Origin: Parasitella parasitica NRRL 2501
Taxonomy: Eukaryota; Fungi; Mucoromycota
DNA length: 64,000 nt
Direction: 5' to 3'
Assembly: GCA_025201805.1 (NCBI GenBank)
Contig: MU619252.1
Coordinates: 248,001 to 312,000, forward strand
A model generated the notes under the pieces. The model saw only the letters and a program-made list of their open reading frames with translations. It ran no database searches and had not been told where the DNA came from. Numbering within the stretch: the stretch's first letter is position 1; each line of letters opens with the position of its first letter. The position numbers and the translations under genes are program-made. This document shows positions 39,496-52,200 of this stretch, piece by piece.

Positions 39496-40065
39496 TCAGG
39501 TATCTAAAGTACATATCGTTAGTGTCGATAAAGAATTTTCATTGTTCTGATTTTCCTTGAAACTTGTAGCCAGAGTGCATAAATACTGAACTGCCAGGTC
39601 ATCAAAAAAAGGACAATTCACTATATGAAGAGTACGATGAGTAGAAAACAATCTAAGTGCAATAAATGGCTTTAAAGGTGTATCTATACGGCTTTCACTA
39701 AAACCTTCTTCTTTTTTTTTTTTGGAAAGCAGCCCAAGGATAGAAGGGAAAGACATAACTACCAGGGAAACGACTAGCCGTTGTACGTTGAACAATATCA
39801 TTATGTAAGATATCGACACATACAAATAGAATAATTGGGTCCACGTTATATCTCCCAAAGGCCTGTAAGCAGCAATTAAATGACCTCTTTATAAACAATT
39901 GATTGACGATTTGCTGGATTTCTACAATAATTGGTGTGAAATTAAGAACTGTGGTTTTGGCTTTGGCTTCCAAAACCACATCCGTGTTTCCAATACAATA
40001 CTCATTTTGAGTTTTTGCCAAAGTTGTCACTGTAGGTTCTTGTAAGATTTTTTTTGGACATTGAT
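39496..40065 (-). pseudogene. Frameshifted PD-(D/E)xK nuclease of Rpn/YhgA-like type
   Basis: KKILQEP...TDVVLE..PIIVEIQQIVNQLFIKRSFNCCLQAFGRYNVDPIILFVC..FPFYPWA, broken at a poly-A run near 39715, continuing as DTPLKPFIALRLF..PFFDDLAVQYL. Confidence 0.6.
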
Positions 40066-40982
40066 TTGAAGAACATAATGCGACACCGCTAACCGATGCT
40101 ATTACGTTATTGCTCTGGTCGAAAATAAAGAGAAATATTAAGAGAAACCCACTAAATAAAGCAGAAACTTTGACATCTCGCCTTCGTGGGTTAGACATTC
40201 TGAGACCTTGTGGGACAGTTGCATTAATAAAGAACTAGGCTCAAGGTAAATATTACCTTTGTGCCAAAAGTTTATTAATTCATCCCAATTTTATTTTCAA
40301 CGAAAGAATGCCTTTTAGTAATATAGCTTTTTGACAGTTTGCAATCAATTATTGTAAAAATTTCAAAGAGGTCGGAATTAGGTGTAGATGAATACGTTAC
40401 TCAGGTGGTGTGCTACGGAAAGTCAAACTTGCTATTTATAAATGCAAGGATGTGCCGACTGAGACAATCATATGGATTATCTAGTTAACGCAATTGCTAA
40501 GCTTCCGGAGAAAATATATTACATTCTCCATCATATTGATAAGCCAGCGACTCTCTATAAAGCCTTATATTTACAATTTACATTAATAACTAACCCTGTA
40601 CAATAGACTGTGATGGTAGCTTTGTAATGTGGGCAAATGCTCCATCAGTCTGCTGTGAAGAAGAGAACGCATTGCAAACTGGGTTTGATTCGGACAGGTG
40701 AGTGAAAGGAATGCAAACAAAGAAAAGAAGAGCAAAATTATAACGTGACCAAGCCGTTTTTCCAACATCTACGAGAGGCTATATATGAATGTGTTTATGT
40801 ACATTAGTTATATTTAGGTGAGAATCCACTTAACACAACCTTTATCAAGTGGTTCATGATTGAATGGTAAAGTGACGTAATTTCAAGATGTTGAGAAAAG
40901 GAGTTTGTAAAATGCATGTACAAAATCAAATCGTCCGTTTGCCTTCTTATTATCTTCTTTTTCTTTATCTAAAACACAAATA

Positions 40983-42364
40983 ATGTCTGCAGCTGATAAC
41001 GACGAAGTCAATAACATTGACAAGATTCCCACCGAGCAAAAGGGTGCCTTCCATCAATTCTTAAAATCACTGGCCTCCTTCTCTGGCGACCTTTCCTCGT
41101 TAACATGTCCTGCTTTTCTCCTCGCTCCTGTTTCTTTGATCGAATACTCGTAAGTAAAATAACGTATACAAGTGGGAGGGTTACTAGTGTATGTGTGCGC
41201 GCGCTTGTTTGCATGGAAAAAATGGACTGGAACGGGGCGATGGCAGCAACATTCTAACCGTTCCCTTAGTGAGTATTGGACACAACAACCAGACCTCTTT
41301 ACAGATATTACAAAATCTGATGACGAGGTTGAGCGCATGATTGCATTCGTAAAGTGGTTCATTTCCTCATTAAATGCTTCATATTCTCGTCGCGTGCCCA
41401 AGGGAGAATGGGAAAAGAAGCCATACAATCCTGTTTTGGGCGAGCAGTTCAAGATGCAATGGGGCGACTTGCAAGATTCAGGTGAAACTGATGTCCTAGT
41501 TGAGCAAGTGTCTCATCATCCCCCCATTACCGGGTTCCATATCATAAACGAGAAGCATGGTATAACACTGAACGGTCATACTGGTCAAAAGACTCGCTTC
41601 TCGAGCACCTCTTTGATTGTAGACCAAGTTGGCCAGAGCGTGGTTACGCTGAAAAATCGCAACGATGAACACTACTTATACTCATGTCCCTCCATCACCG
41701 TGAACGGTATTTGGTATGCTGGTAATGTCTTTGTTGGCGCTGTTTTTCTGCTGTGGATATGCATTAACCGTTTGTTTACATCTGCTTGTGTGTACATATA
41801 GCCCCTTACGTCGAGTTGCTCGGTACGTCTTATATTCAATCATCAACCGGTTTGTATTGTTCGATCGAGTATACCACACGTGGTTGGATTACTGGCAAAA
41901 GAAACCAATTTAAATGCTACCTTCGCCGAAACGCAGGCAATTCAAAAGAATACATTTGCAAGATGGAGGGTCAGTGGAGTGGGAAATCTACGCTTACCAA
42001 GTTTGGATCAAAGACATCCGAGCCCTTTTTGGATGTCACCGCATTGACACCTGCTCCTATGCACGTAAAGGATATCGAAGAGCAAGATGAAATGGAAAGT
42101 CGCAAGATCTGGCAAAAGGTGTCCGCTGCCATCCGTGCTAACGATACAGCCTTGGCTGGCGTTGAAAAGAACAAGATTGAGACGCAAAAGAGAGAAGAAA
42201 AAGCAGCGCGCGAAGAAGCCGACAAAAAATGGGAGCCGAAATATTTCAAATGGGAAGACGACGAGCCAACTGTTATCACGCTGCAGCGTATGTTATCAAA
42301 CACCGTCAATGGCAAATATGCACCTGCCACTAACGGCAACTGGGTATACAAGGATAATAATTAG
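40983..42364 (+). CDS. Oxysterol-binding protein, Osh4/Kes1-like short form
   Basis: FLKSLASFSGDLSSLTCPAFLLAPVSL, EKKPYNPVLGE, OSBP fingerprint EQVSHHPP, ESRKIWQKV. Two introns. Confidence 0.95.
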
Positions 42365-42837
42365 TAGACAATTTTCCACTGTTTTTTGTTTTAATTATGC
42401 ACGTTTTCGAGTCAAATCAATAAACTATCAAATGTTCATACTGTAGATAGTTGTGTGTATGTAAAGAAGCAAAAAAGTAGTATGTAAATATTATGGTAGC
42501 GATTTGAAGCCTCAATCGAATGGCCATACTCAGCATCGCCTAATCGATGTATTGCAGCTACTTTTTTCCAGCCTCAATATATTAGAATAATGAGGTCAAA
42601 TTACGTTCCCAGCACAAATCGAAAGCATGACTACACATTGGTATCTTTGATAACGGCTTTTTATGGATATGAAATACAACATTTTTCATTAATTGGCCAA
42701 GATAAAATCCGTGTTTTCCAAAAGAAAATCCATTCGGATGTTTGAAATGCAATTATAAATATGCGCCTCGTTTGTTTTTTTTTTGTTTATTTTGTCTCTT
42801 CTTTTTTCCTCATCTTTTTTCCAGCTCTCTATTCAAT

Positions 42838-44382
42838 ATGTCCCAACCTCGCAGATCTTTCTCGTCTGGTCCTACGACCGGCACTGACGCTCAAATTGAA
42901 GCCGTTGATGAACTGAGGCATCATTTTAAGCTATCTACCGAAGAGCTAAAGCAATTCCGCGATGACTTGCGTCGCGAAATGGACATTGGCTTGAAGTCTG
43001 ATAAAGCCAATATGGCCATGCTGCCTTCTTGGATTTTCAAGCATCCTACCGGCCAAGAAACTGGCGAATATCTCGGTCTGGAGTTGAGTGGTAAGCCGTT
43101 AATAAGTATTACTGCTTTGTTGTGGCGATTGACGTAGTGCATGTGTAACGATGATTAGGGTCCAACATCCGCATCTATCTTGTCACCTTGCACGGCCAAG
43201 GTCGCATTAGCACTCGCCAACAAAAGTTTGTCATTAGCGAACATCTCAAGAAGGGCTCTATCAATTCAATGATCGACTTTTTGGTCGAAAGCGTAGACAA
43301 CTTTTTATCGTTTGTTGGCAAATACGAACTCAAGCAAGCATTGAGCCTCGGCTTTGTCCTGTCTTTCCCTCTTGAACAACATGCTTTGAACAAAGCTGTC
43401 GTAATCCAATGGACCAAGGACTTTGAAATTACGGGTGCTGACGGTAAGAACATTGCCGAGCTTTTGCAGATTGGTTTCAGACGTCGTCATATCAATATCA
43501 ATGTCGAGGCTGTTATTAATGGTGCTGTTGGCTGCCTTTTGGCACACAGTTATCGAAGCTTGGATACCTTGGTTGCCTGTACCATCAGTACCGGCACCAA
43601 TGCTGCTTATTGGGAAAAGGTTGAAGCTATTGCCAAGTACAAGAAGGAACTACCCCCCAAAGCTGATGGCGATATGATCATCAACACTGAATGGGGATCT
43701 TTTGGTGATAAGAATCCTGGCCTCTTGCCTCGCACTTTCTACGATAACCGTGTCAATCGTCAATCAGTCAATCCTGGCGTTCATGTTTTCGAAAAGATGG
43801 TTTCTGGTCTTTATCTTGGCGAAATTGCTCGTATTATTATGGTTGATTTCCTTGATCGTCGTCTTCTTTTCGAAGGCCAATACACTCCCGAATTGAACAC
43901 TCCCTACCTCTTTGAGGCTTCTTACATAAGTGCAATAGGCTCTGACGATACTCCTGATTTAGAAGCTACCAAGCATATTCTGGAATCCATTATGAATTTA
44001 CCCTCTACCACCCTCTCTGATCGCCAAATCGTTAGAACTATCTGCGAGCTTGTCTCCCAGCGTGCTGCTCGTTTGGTTGCTGCCGCCATGAGCGCTATCA
44101 TTGACAAGAGAAATGCTCTTGAGGAAGGTTTGACAATCAGTAAGTATCGGATGTGATTTTGTGTAATTTGAATAAGATGCTCATCAATTTTCATCAATGA
44201 TTGCAGGTATGGAGGGCGCTGTTTATGAGCATTTCCCCAACTTCCCTAGACGTGTCAATGATGCCTTGAGAGGCATTTACGGCGAATGTGTTGATCACAT
44301 TAATGTTGGTATCACTCGTGACGGCAACGGCATTGGTGCTGCCCTGGCTGCAATGATTGCTATCACTCAAAAGCAAGCATAA
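42838..44382 (+). CDS. Hexokinase-like protein with non-canonical catalytic motifs
   Basis: MLPSW..PTGQETGEYLGLELSG/SNIRI, LGFVLSFP, QWTKDF, VINGAVG, TGTNAAY, INTEWGSF, FEKMVSGLYLGE, DGNGIGAAL. Introns at 43091-43158 and about 44140-44206. Confidence 0.93.
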
Positions 44383-44728
44383 GCATTGTGTACCCTTCCT
44401 ACACATAAATTAATGTTACATAATACAATTCCCTTTTTTTTTTTCTCGCATAATAAAAAACCTCAGTGTATTATTATTTCCAGCGTCCTACCAGATGGAT
44501 TTTGAAACGAAAAAAATTTATACATCAAAATGCAGACCCTTACAATATCTTATAAATCAGCTCACTATTATCACCAGCCCCTGAAGCTCCAACTTTTTTC
44601 CTCGCCTAAAACGATGCCGTGTCTTGTATACAGCATAGCAATTGAAGAAAAATGGTGTTTACTAATATTTACTACATTGGAATATAATCGCATTATTGTT
44701 GAGTTGTAATAGAACAAGGGTATAATAG

Positions 44729-46425
44729 TTATTCTGCCATCCAGTTTTTGACAGAGAGACGGTCATCATAGGAAGCTGACATGGATATCTTGCTCATATC
44801 ATCTCTTGTGGCACAATTGCTCGCCGCTGCGTCTGTATTGCTGCTGTTCTCTGTGTTACTGTCGGCATTTCGAGTTGTGGGTAAAGAAGCAGAAGATTTC
44901 AACGGTTTTTTTGAGCCCTTGGGCTGGGATTGGAGTGTCTGCTGCTGCTGCTGCTGCCTTTTCTTCTTTTGTTGTCTGGCGTTCTTTGACGACGATGCCA
45001 CAGATGAAGCCGAAGATTCGAACAAAGATTGAGAGGGTGAAATGGAATAATTGAAAGGTACTTTGACTATAGGTTGTTGCATATCTTGAAGTGTTTTTTC
45101 CAGATTTTGCAGCTTGAGGTTTTCGTATCGAAGGCTAAGATCGACATAATCCTTGATAGACTTTTTTAAATCTCTGCTTTTTTGCTTTTCAAAGACCTTG
45201 ATCTCCTTTTTCACTTTATCCTGGTACTCGTCAAAGTCCTTTCTGTTCCTTTCTAGCTCTTCCGAAGCCTGGCAGAAGCCTGTTAGTATACAAAATCTGG
45301 TGCTAATCTTTGATTTTTTTTTATTATTATTATCATTATTATTACCTCAATCTCTTCCTCGATCACTTGACGAACTTCTGGATGATTGATTCCTAGTCTA
45401 AGCTTTAGCTTATCTGATCTGTCTCGTTTCTTGTTGCGGAATTTAAGCTGGTCAACATAATCCATCAGTTTGACAGTGCGCGAGTTGAGGATGACCTTTA
45501 ACGGATCAAGCGAGTTTTTGTATTCGATCATCACATCTACAAACTTCATAGACTCCTCCTTTCCTTGTCGTGTAAATACAAAGCCTAGTTCGTCCATCAG
45601 CAGCCCCATCATTTGCATTTTTCTGTCTAAATTCCTCTGTGAGTCTCTCAGCTCTAGCTTCAATCCTTGTCCGAGTCTGTATTTGCTTTGCGTTGTTTCG
45701 ATGATCAAATCTCCCATATGCGTCATTGCATCTCCCAGGCCCTCTCTCGTCTGGATAAGTTGATTTAACGATTCTGCTATAAATCCATAGTATGACTCTT
45801 GTAATAAAATGTAAATCTGGTGCTTGTGAAATACGTCTTGGTCATTTCCTTCGATAATCTCAGAAGGTTTGAATGATTTGAAGCCTCTGTCTGTATTTGG
45901 TTTGATGACTCGGTTGAACCTCAAGAAGGACAATACTCCAGTATTCGAAGGCCCAACCTCAGTAGGAGACTACATGTGTATATCGTGTTATAATTATGCT
46001 GCTTGATTAATTTGCGATAATATACATTTACCATGTCAGCAGACAAGAAATGTATGAAATCAGCATCTTCTACCAATTCAGAGCGACCCATGATTTTGTC
46101 GAAAAAGCGCTCGATTTGAAGTCTCTTTCGCTCCACATAATCCTGGTCATCAATAAGTGAGGAGCTGGGCTGATCGGGTAGTGGAGGGAGCACAACTACT
46201 GGAAATCTTTTCTTCAATTTATGAAATATCCAACTTATTTGTTGAAAAGTACGAAATGAAGTAGGCAGAACCGTTTCAAATTTGCCCTGGAACTGTGATT
46301 TGCTGTTTCAGTGACAAGTGAAATAGCGGTTATAGATAATTACTTACATTTCCTTCCAAAACCAGTTTAAATTGTATTGTATCTGGTGTAGCTGCTGCTT
46401 CGGGAACTGTTAAGGTAATATTCAT
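44729..46425 (-). CDS. PX-BAR sorting-nexin-like protein (Vps5/Vps17-type)
   Basis: PX-like LKKRFPVVVLPPLP..YVERKRLQIERFF..FIHFLS followed by long helical coiled coils (BAR) ending KKEIKVFEKQKSRDLKKSIKDYV. ATG at 46425. Confidence 0.8.
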
Positions 46426-46950
46426 AATTGTGGTTTATGTTAAAAAAAAAGGGGGGGGGGGGAAGGAGGGGAAAGAAAAAGTAAAGCAGAATGTTAAAGC
46501 AAAGATACAAAATTATATTGTGTGTCCACCGCGTACACTGACACAACAGCAGCAATGAAACGGTTAAAATATTAACCGTGAATCATTAAAATGCAGTGAA
46601 TCATTTGGACGTTTTTGAAGCATTAGCAACAGTTGTCATTTAAGTGAAGGGATCAAATATACACATAGATATAAACAATTTGTACTTTAAAAGGCTTTTT
46701 ATTATACAGAAAAAGGAGATTTCAAATCAAACATTACACTTTGAAGGGGATATTTTATAATTGTAAAAAGAGCTCCCTAAAAAAATTTGCTTTTTGTGTC
46801 AATCGTGTGTTGCATGTTCTCCAGACTCATATTTATATATATACTTGATTTGCTCCTTTATATTCTTTATTTTCATATAAATACTCGCTTATTTTTGTCA
46901 ATTGGGTATTTCTTTTCTCTTACATCCATCCTGTACATCAAGAATCCAAA

Positions 46951-48747
46951 ATGAGTTTATATGAAATGCATTATGTGTCGAATACGTCCGAGAAAGCTCG
47001 AGTCAAAGAGCAGCAAGCAATTATACAGAAAGCCCTGCAAGAGTTATCCATCAAAAGCAAATTGGAGCAGCAGCAAGAGCATGAAAAATTACTCTCGAAG
47101 CACCATTTAAAGTCCTCGCCTGTGAACTTTGATCTATGGCTCCATTCAACCAAATATAGCGTAGTAACCAACGAGTGCAGACCTTATTCGCCTTACTTCA
47201 GCGGAAACGCTGCCATGTCAGATACTGCTTCTACTTGCACTCGTCTAAATAGACAAAGAACTCCTTCGATGGTGTCAGCTTCATCATCTTATATGTCAGA
47301 AACTACAACAACTACTACATCTAATAGCGTTTGCAGCAGAGAAGACGATGCCTGTTTTGCCAATCCCACTGAAACAATATCTGAAAGGTATACACATATA
47401 GCCACCAGGCACAGCCAATAAACGTCCATCCAGACACATAACTCACGCATTTACTTTTTTTTCGCCCATGTAGAGACATGTACGGTTTCAAAAGGCCATT
47501 TCAATGGGTCAATAAATCTAAGCTGATAGAGTTTGAACAACGTTATAAATTGGTACAGAAAAAACAAGCTAGAGGCTGGAAAAAATTGATTGTCAATAGC
47601 GATCAGCAATGGCCTGCCTTGTGTCCACAGCGTGAGTACTCCTTGTCATTTTCTACCCGTAATAAACTGACGAATACCCCTTCTCGACTGGTAGTGAGCC
47701 GGTATGTCAGAAAGGGAATTCCGCATGCTATGAGAGCCAAGGTCTGGATGCATTACAGCGGCGCAAACAAGAAGCTGCAAGAAAACCCAGGACAATATTT
47801 GCGATTACTGGAAACAGATGCAAAAAGTGAGCATGCCGAAGCTATTCAAAAAGACCTTCACCGTACATTTCCCGATAACTTGCATTTCTCTTGCGATGTG
47901 CAACACAAAGATGGGTCTACCACCGTGGCGCCTGAATCGAACCAGAAGATCCAGCAATTGCGCCGAGTTTTGCTTGCTTTCAGCGTCCATTCGCCTAGTA
48001 TTGGATACTGTCAGTCTCTCAACTTTTTGGCGGGATTCTTGCTGTTGATTTTGAGCGAAGAGGAGGCATTTTGGATGCTGGTCACCATTGTGCACGACAT
48101 ATTCCCTCAAAACGTGTTTGACACTACTATGGAAGGCGCTAATATTGAACAGACAGTACTCATGATGATGCTGTATGAAAAGATGCCTGGTATCTGGACT
48201 AAAATGGCAAGCAAAAAATGCTTCTGGGAATGCGAGCAGAAGGAAGAGTTACCCCCTATCACACTCTTGACAAGCCATTGGTTTCTCACTCTCTTCATAA
48301 ACATTCTGCCTGTGGAAACTGTCTTGCGGATTTGGGATTGTTTCTTTGTGTAAGTTGAACATATACATCACACTCATATATAACACTGACTCCTGTATTT
48401 GCTATTCGTGTAGTGGCGAGGGTTGCAAAGTGCTGTACCAAGTCGCATTGACCATCTTCAAACTAAATGAGCAACGTATTCGAAACGCAACAGATTCAAC
48501 CGAAACATTTCAAATCCTTCAAAACATGCCGAAAAGAATGATTGATTGCGACCAATTTATGAAGGTAGGTGTATACTTGGAGAGCGAAAAAAAAATAAAA
48601 ATAGTGCACTAATATATTTTCTTTGTTTAGTGTGTTTTCTCTCCTGAAAACGATGTTGCACAGGTATCTAACAAGGATATCAATAGCAAAAGAGACTTGT
48701 TCAAAAGCCGTAAACTACAAAGAAGAATGAGCCGCAATACGAATTAA
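46951..48747 (+). CDS. TBC-domain Rab GTPase-activating protein (Msb3/Msb4-like)
   Basis: DMYGFK, YVRKGIP, Arg finger IQKDLHRTF, Gln finger GYCQSLNF, EEEAFW, WFLTLF..LPVETVLRIWDCFF. Confidence 0.93.
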
Positions 48748-49239
48748 CAGAGTATTGAATACTCTGTCGAGCCAAGCTATAGTAAATTTCATTGTAAAAG
48801 TCTACCCACCATCGTTTCCTCCTTTATATATACGCTAATATTACTAAAAGTTCACATATACTATTAAAATACATAATTATTAATTGCGATTAATCCTTAA
48901 TAAACCCATGAGCATGTTACAAATATTGTCAAAATTTGTTGCAAGAGAATTCAGGAACAAGATTCATGCGATTTTAATCTTTGCCTATATTCATACCATC
49001 CTCATGGTCATGCATTAAATTTATTGATTATACGTTTAGAAAATTAGCCTGAAAGGATCAATATCGGCTCACTTTTTTTTTTTTTTTTTTTTGCGGTCAT
49101 TATGCAAATTTTCGACATACTTTCACTAAAGCATTTCTACAGTCTCAGAGAAATGAAAAAATTAGTTTCTTATTAAATATACACAATACTTAAAGGCCGA
49201 GAAAAGCTTATATATGGATTCAATAATGACAAAATTTTA

Positions 49240-52200
49240 TTATAGTTTTCCTTGAAGAATGTATTCAATGCTCGTATTAATGTAATCTTTTTTAAAATTC
49301 ATATCAAAACCCAAGATATTAGATAATTGTTCACGAACTACAAAAATATATGCAAATCGGATTAGCTATTGTTCTTTGAACCACCCCACCGCCCTAGTTG
49401 CTATATTTTTACCTTGTTTTTTGGTTATGCTCATCAAATTAGCCGTAGCCAAAATTGCTTTGATTTCATTCACAATGTCATCGTCCGAAGGGAAACCAGC
49501 TGGAATCATTGAAGAAACTGATACCTGACTGACATTACCCATGGGTATATCCAATTCACTCTGTGAATGTCCAAATAGTTGAAACCCACCTGATACATCA
49601 AAGGTGGAGTTGCTTCGAGGGCGAATGTTGAATGCTGACGGTGGAGTGGCATCCCCTATCTCATTTACTGTGGGGGAGCCAAAGTTCCCTGGAGACATGA
49701 GAGGCATTTGTGGATTATAGAAACCCGTACTCTGCATATCGTGGAGTTGCTGCTGGTTTGAATCCATCATGATAGGTTGCATTGGCGGCATTGGCATGGG
49801 CTGCATTTGACTCGTGAAATCAGGATACACAGAACTTGCAAAAGACATGTGTCTCATAGGCATACCAGGAGGAGGGGGAGTAGTCATTATACTGCGACTG
49901 TAATCTGGCATAGGAATCATTCCGCCAGGAGTAGGTGCACGGCCGTATTCAGAGCCTGCAACAGACCCGGGTGTAGTGAAAACATGAGATTGTCGGCTCC
50001 TGGGCTTCTCGTTGACTTTGGTGTCGCGATAATAATCAAACTCACCGCCAGCAGGGTTACTCACTCCACTATAAACACTGCGTTCATACCCTGGAGGGAC
50101 CATACCATAGCTATTGTACGTGTTTCCAGTCAGGCCAGACTCTCCGGACCCGCGAGTTTGCATCTCCCACTGTTCCTGTTCGTAAATGCTCCATTTCTTC
50201 ATGGGAATCATCTTTTCATCAAACTTTTCTTCGTCTGTAACAATGATTTTTCTTTGGCTGTCACCAACGACCACACGAGTATTGCCCCACGAGAAATCGT
50301 CGAAATGCCAAAAAGAATATATAGGCAAAGCAAAAGAGTACACAGGCAAAGCAAGCAGATAAAAAACCATCCAACCAATATGTTGCCACTGGCGCTTCAG
50401 AATAAAGATTATGACTTGAAGAGCGTATAAACCAGCCAACATGCCAATAGCCAAGGTAGGGAAGGGGCCAGCTTTAGCTGCCATGACGTAAATCAAGTAT
50501 ACAAAGTAGCCAAACGAGACGGGTAGCGTCAAGGTACCGATCAGATCTACCAAAACAACAAAGCGCATAGAGAAACAGCAGAAACCGCAAAGATCAGGAA
50601 GCAAGAATACTTCCATCAGGTTGTGAACAGTAGAATTAATCCATCGGCGACGTTGAGAAAGCAGGATCTTCCACTTGTCAGGAGCAACAGTGCGACACAT
50701 GGCGTAAGGAGTGAACTTCATTTTATATTTAGGAAAGTGCTTCATCATTAACGTAGTCAGGTAGCGATCTTCGCCGAGAGACAAAAGATTCTTTTTGTGC
50801 AGTGTGTCGACGTGATTTTCGGCATAGTCGTGGACAACAGAAGGCGCAATTATAAGAGGCTCGTTTTTAACAGGCGTACGGATACGATACATACAGAAAC
50901 AACCAGGCAAACATGTGACAGAACCAAACAGAGATTCGAAAGCCTTTGCTAGATAATGAGAGATGTAGTATTCATACACCTGAATCATAGTTGTCCATGA
51001 TTGTTTCTCGTTGGCTAGAGCAGTCTCTCCACAAATACCCATAATGCGAGCGTCATGGAGCATCGCCGAGATCAAGTAGTTTAACGAGTAATCCATAACT
51101 TCAGTATCAGAATCCACCATGAGGATGTATTCATAAAATGAGGGGTTGACACCAATGACATTCTTGATTTGGTGGTACATTTCGAGTTCCATAGGTGTCA
51201 TTTCGCTGTCAAAATGAACGCGGTTCAAGAAATTCATTGCAATCATTTGAGAATCACGCTTACCACGGTTACCAGGCTTAGCGCGTTCAGAGGCCTTTCC
51301 AACCTTGGCTACAACAAGATAAGGCACGACATGGCCCTCGCATTCGTATAGACCAGAGTAAATTTTACCGTAATTGAGTTGCTTTGCGCCTTCGCCCACG
51401 GATTTAAACATGAGAGGCTCAGGATCCATTTTCGCATCATAGCCCAGGATATCCAGTACAATACGAGGTGTAGGACGATCATTACCGCTGCCCATCACCA
51501 TACCATCGGCAATGATAAAAAGCAGTTTTCGTTTATCGTCATACTTCATCACAGTGAGAGAGTCTATCGTCTTTTTGAGAGACTCTTCGTCTTCAGTGTA
51601 GCAAGGAATTTGACAAATGACAAACTTATCGTGATCTTCAGGCGTAGGTGCACTGCCAAATTGAAGGGCGGCGAGGAATTTGACTAGTATGACCAAGCAC
51701 ATGAGACAAGCACAGGCTAGCAATAGGTAGTTGGAAAACATGCAGCGAGCTGTCTCACGAGGATCCACATAGCCAATTAAAAAGTAGTTATTCAAGCAGT
51801 TCATGTTCATTTCTTGCTCTTCAACGCTCATCTTGCCCTTGTATTGCTCCCATTTAGCAGTGGCATCGGTTCCCTTAAACAGACTGAACAAGTCTTCCAC
51901 AGTGCCAGACAAAAAGCTATAGTTACTGCTCGACGTACCGTATGTGTCGACAGTAGTAAAGTAGTCATTCAGATCGTAGACATTGTTGTTGATTGCCAAT
52001 GCATATCGGCCCCAGCCTTCAGCGTCAGCCTTCAAATCTTTGATAAGATGCACTAGAGTGCCCTTTTTATAATCTTGAATAGTAGGCAGAAACGCTTTCC
52101 AATACCAGTAAGGGTCAGTTGTATCGTTTGAAGATGTAATCTGCGCTTGGTCGCCTGAATAATGGATGAACGAAGCCTGTGGGTTTACAGTTGTATTGGC

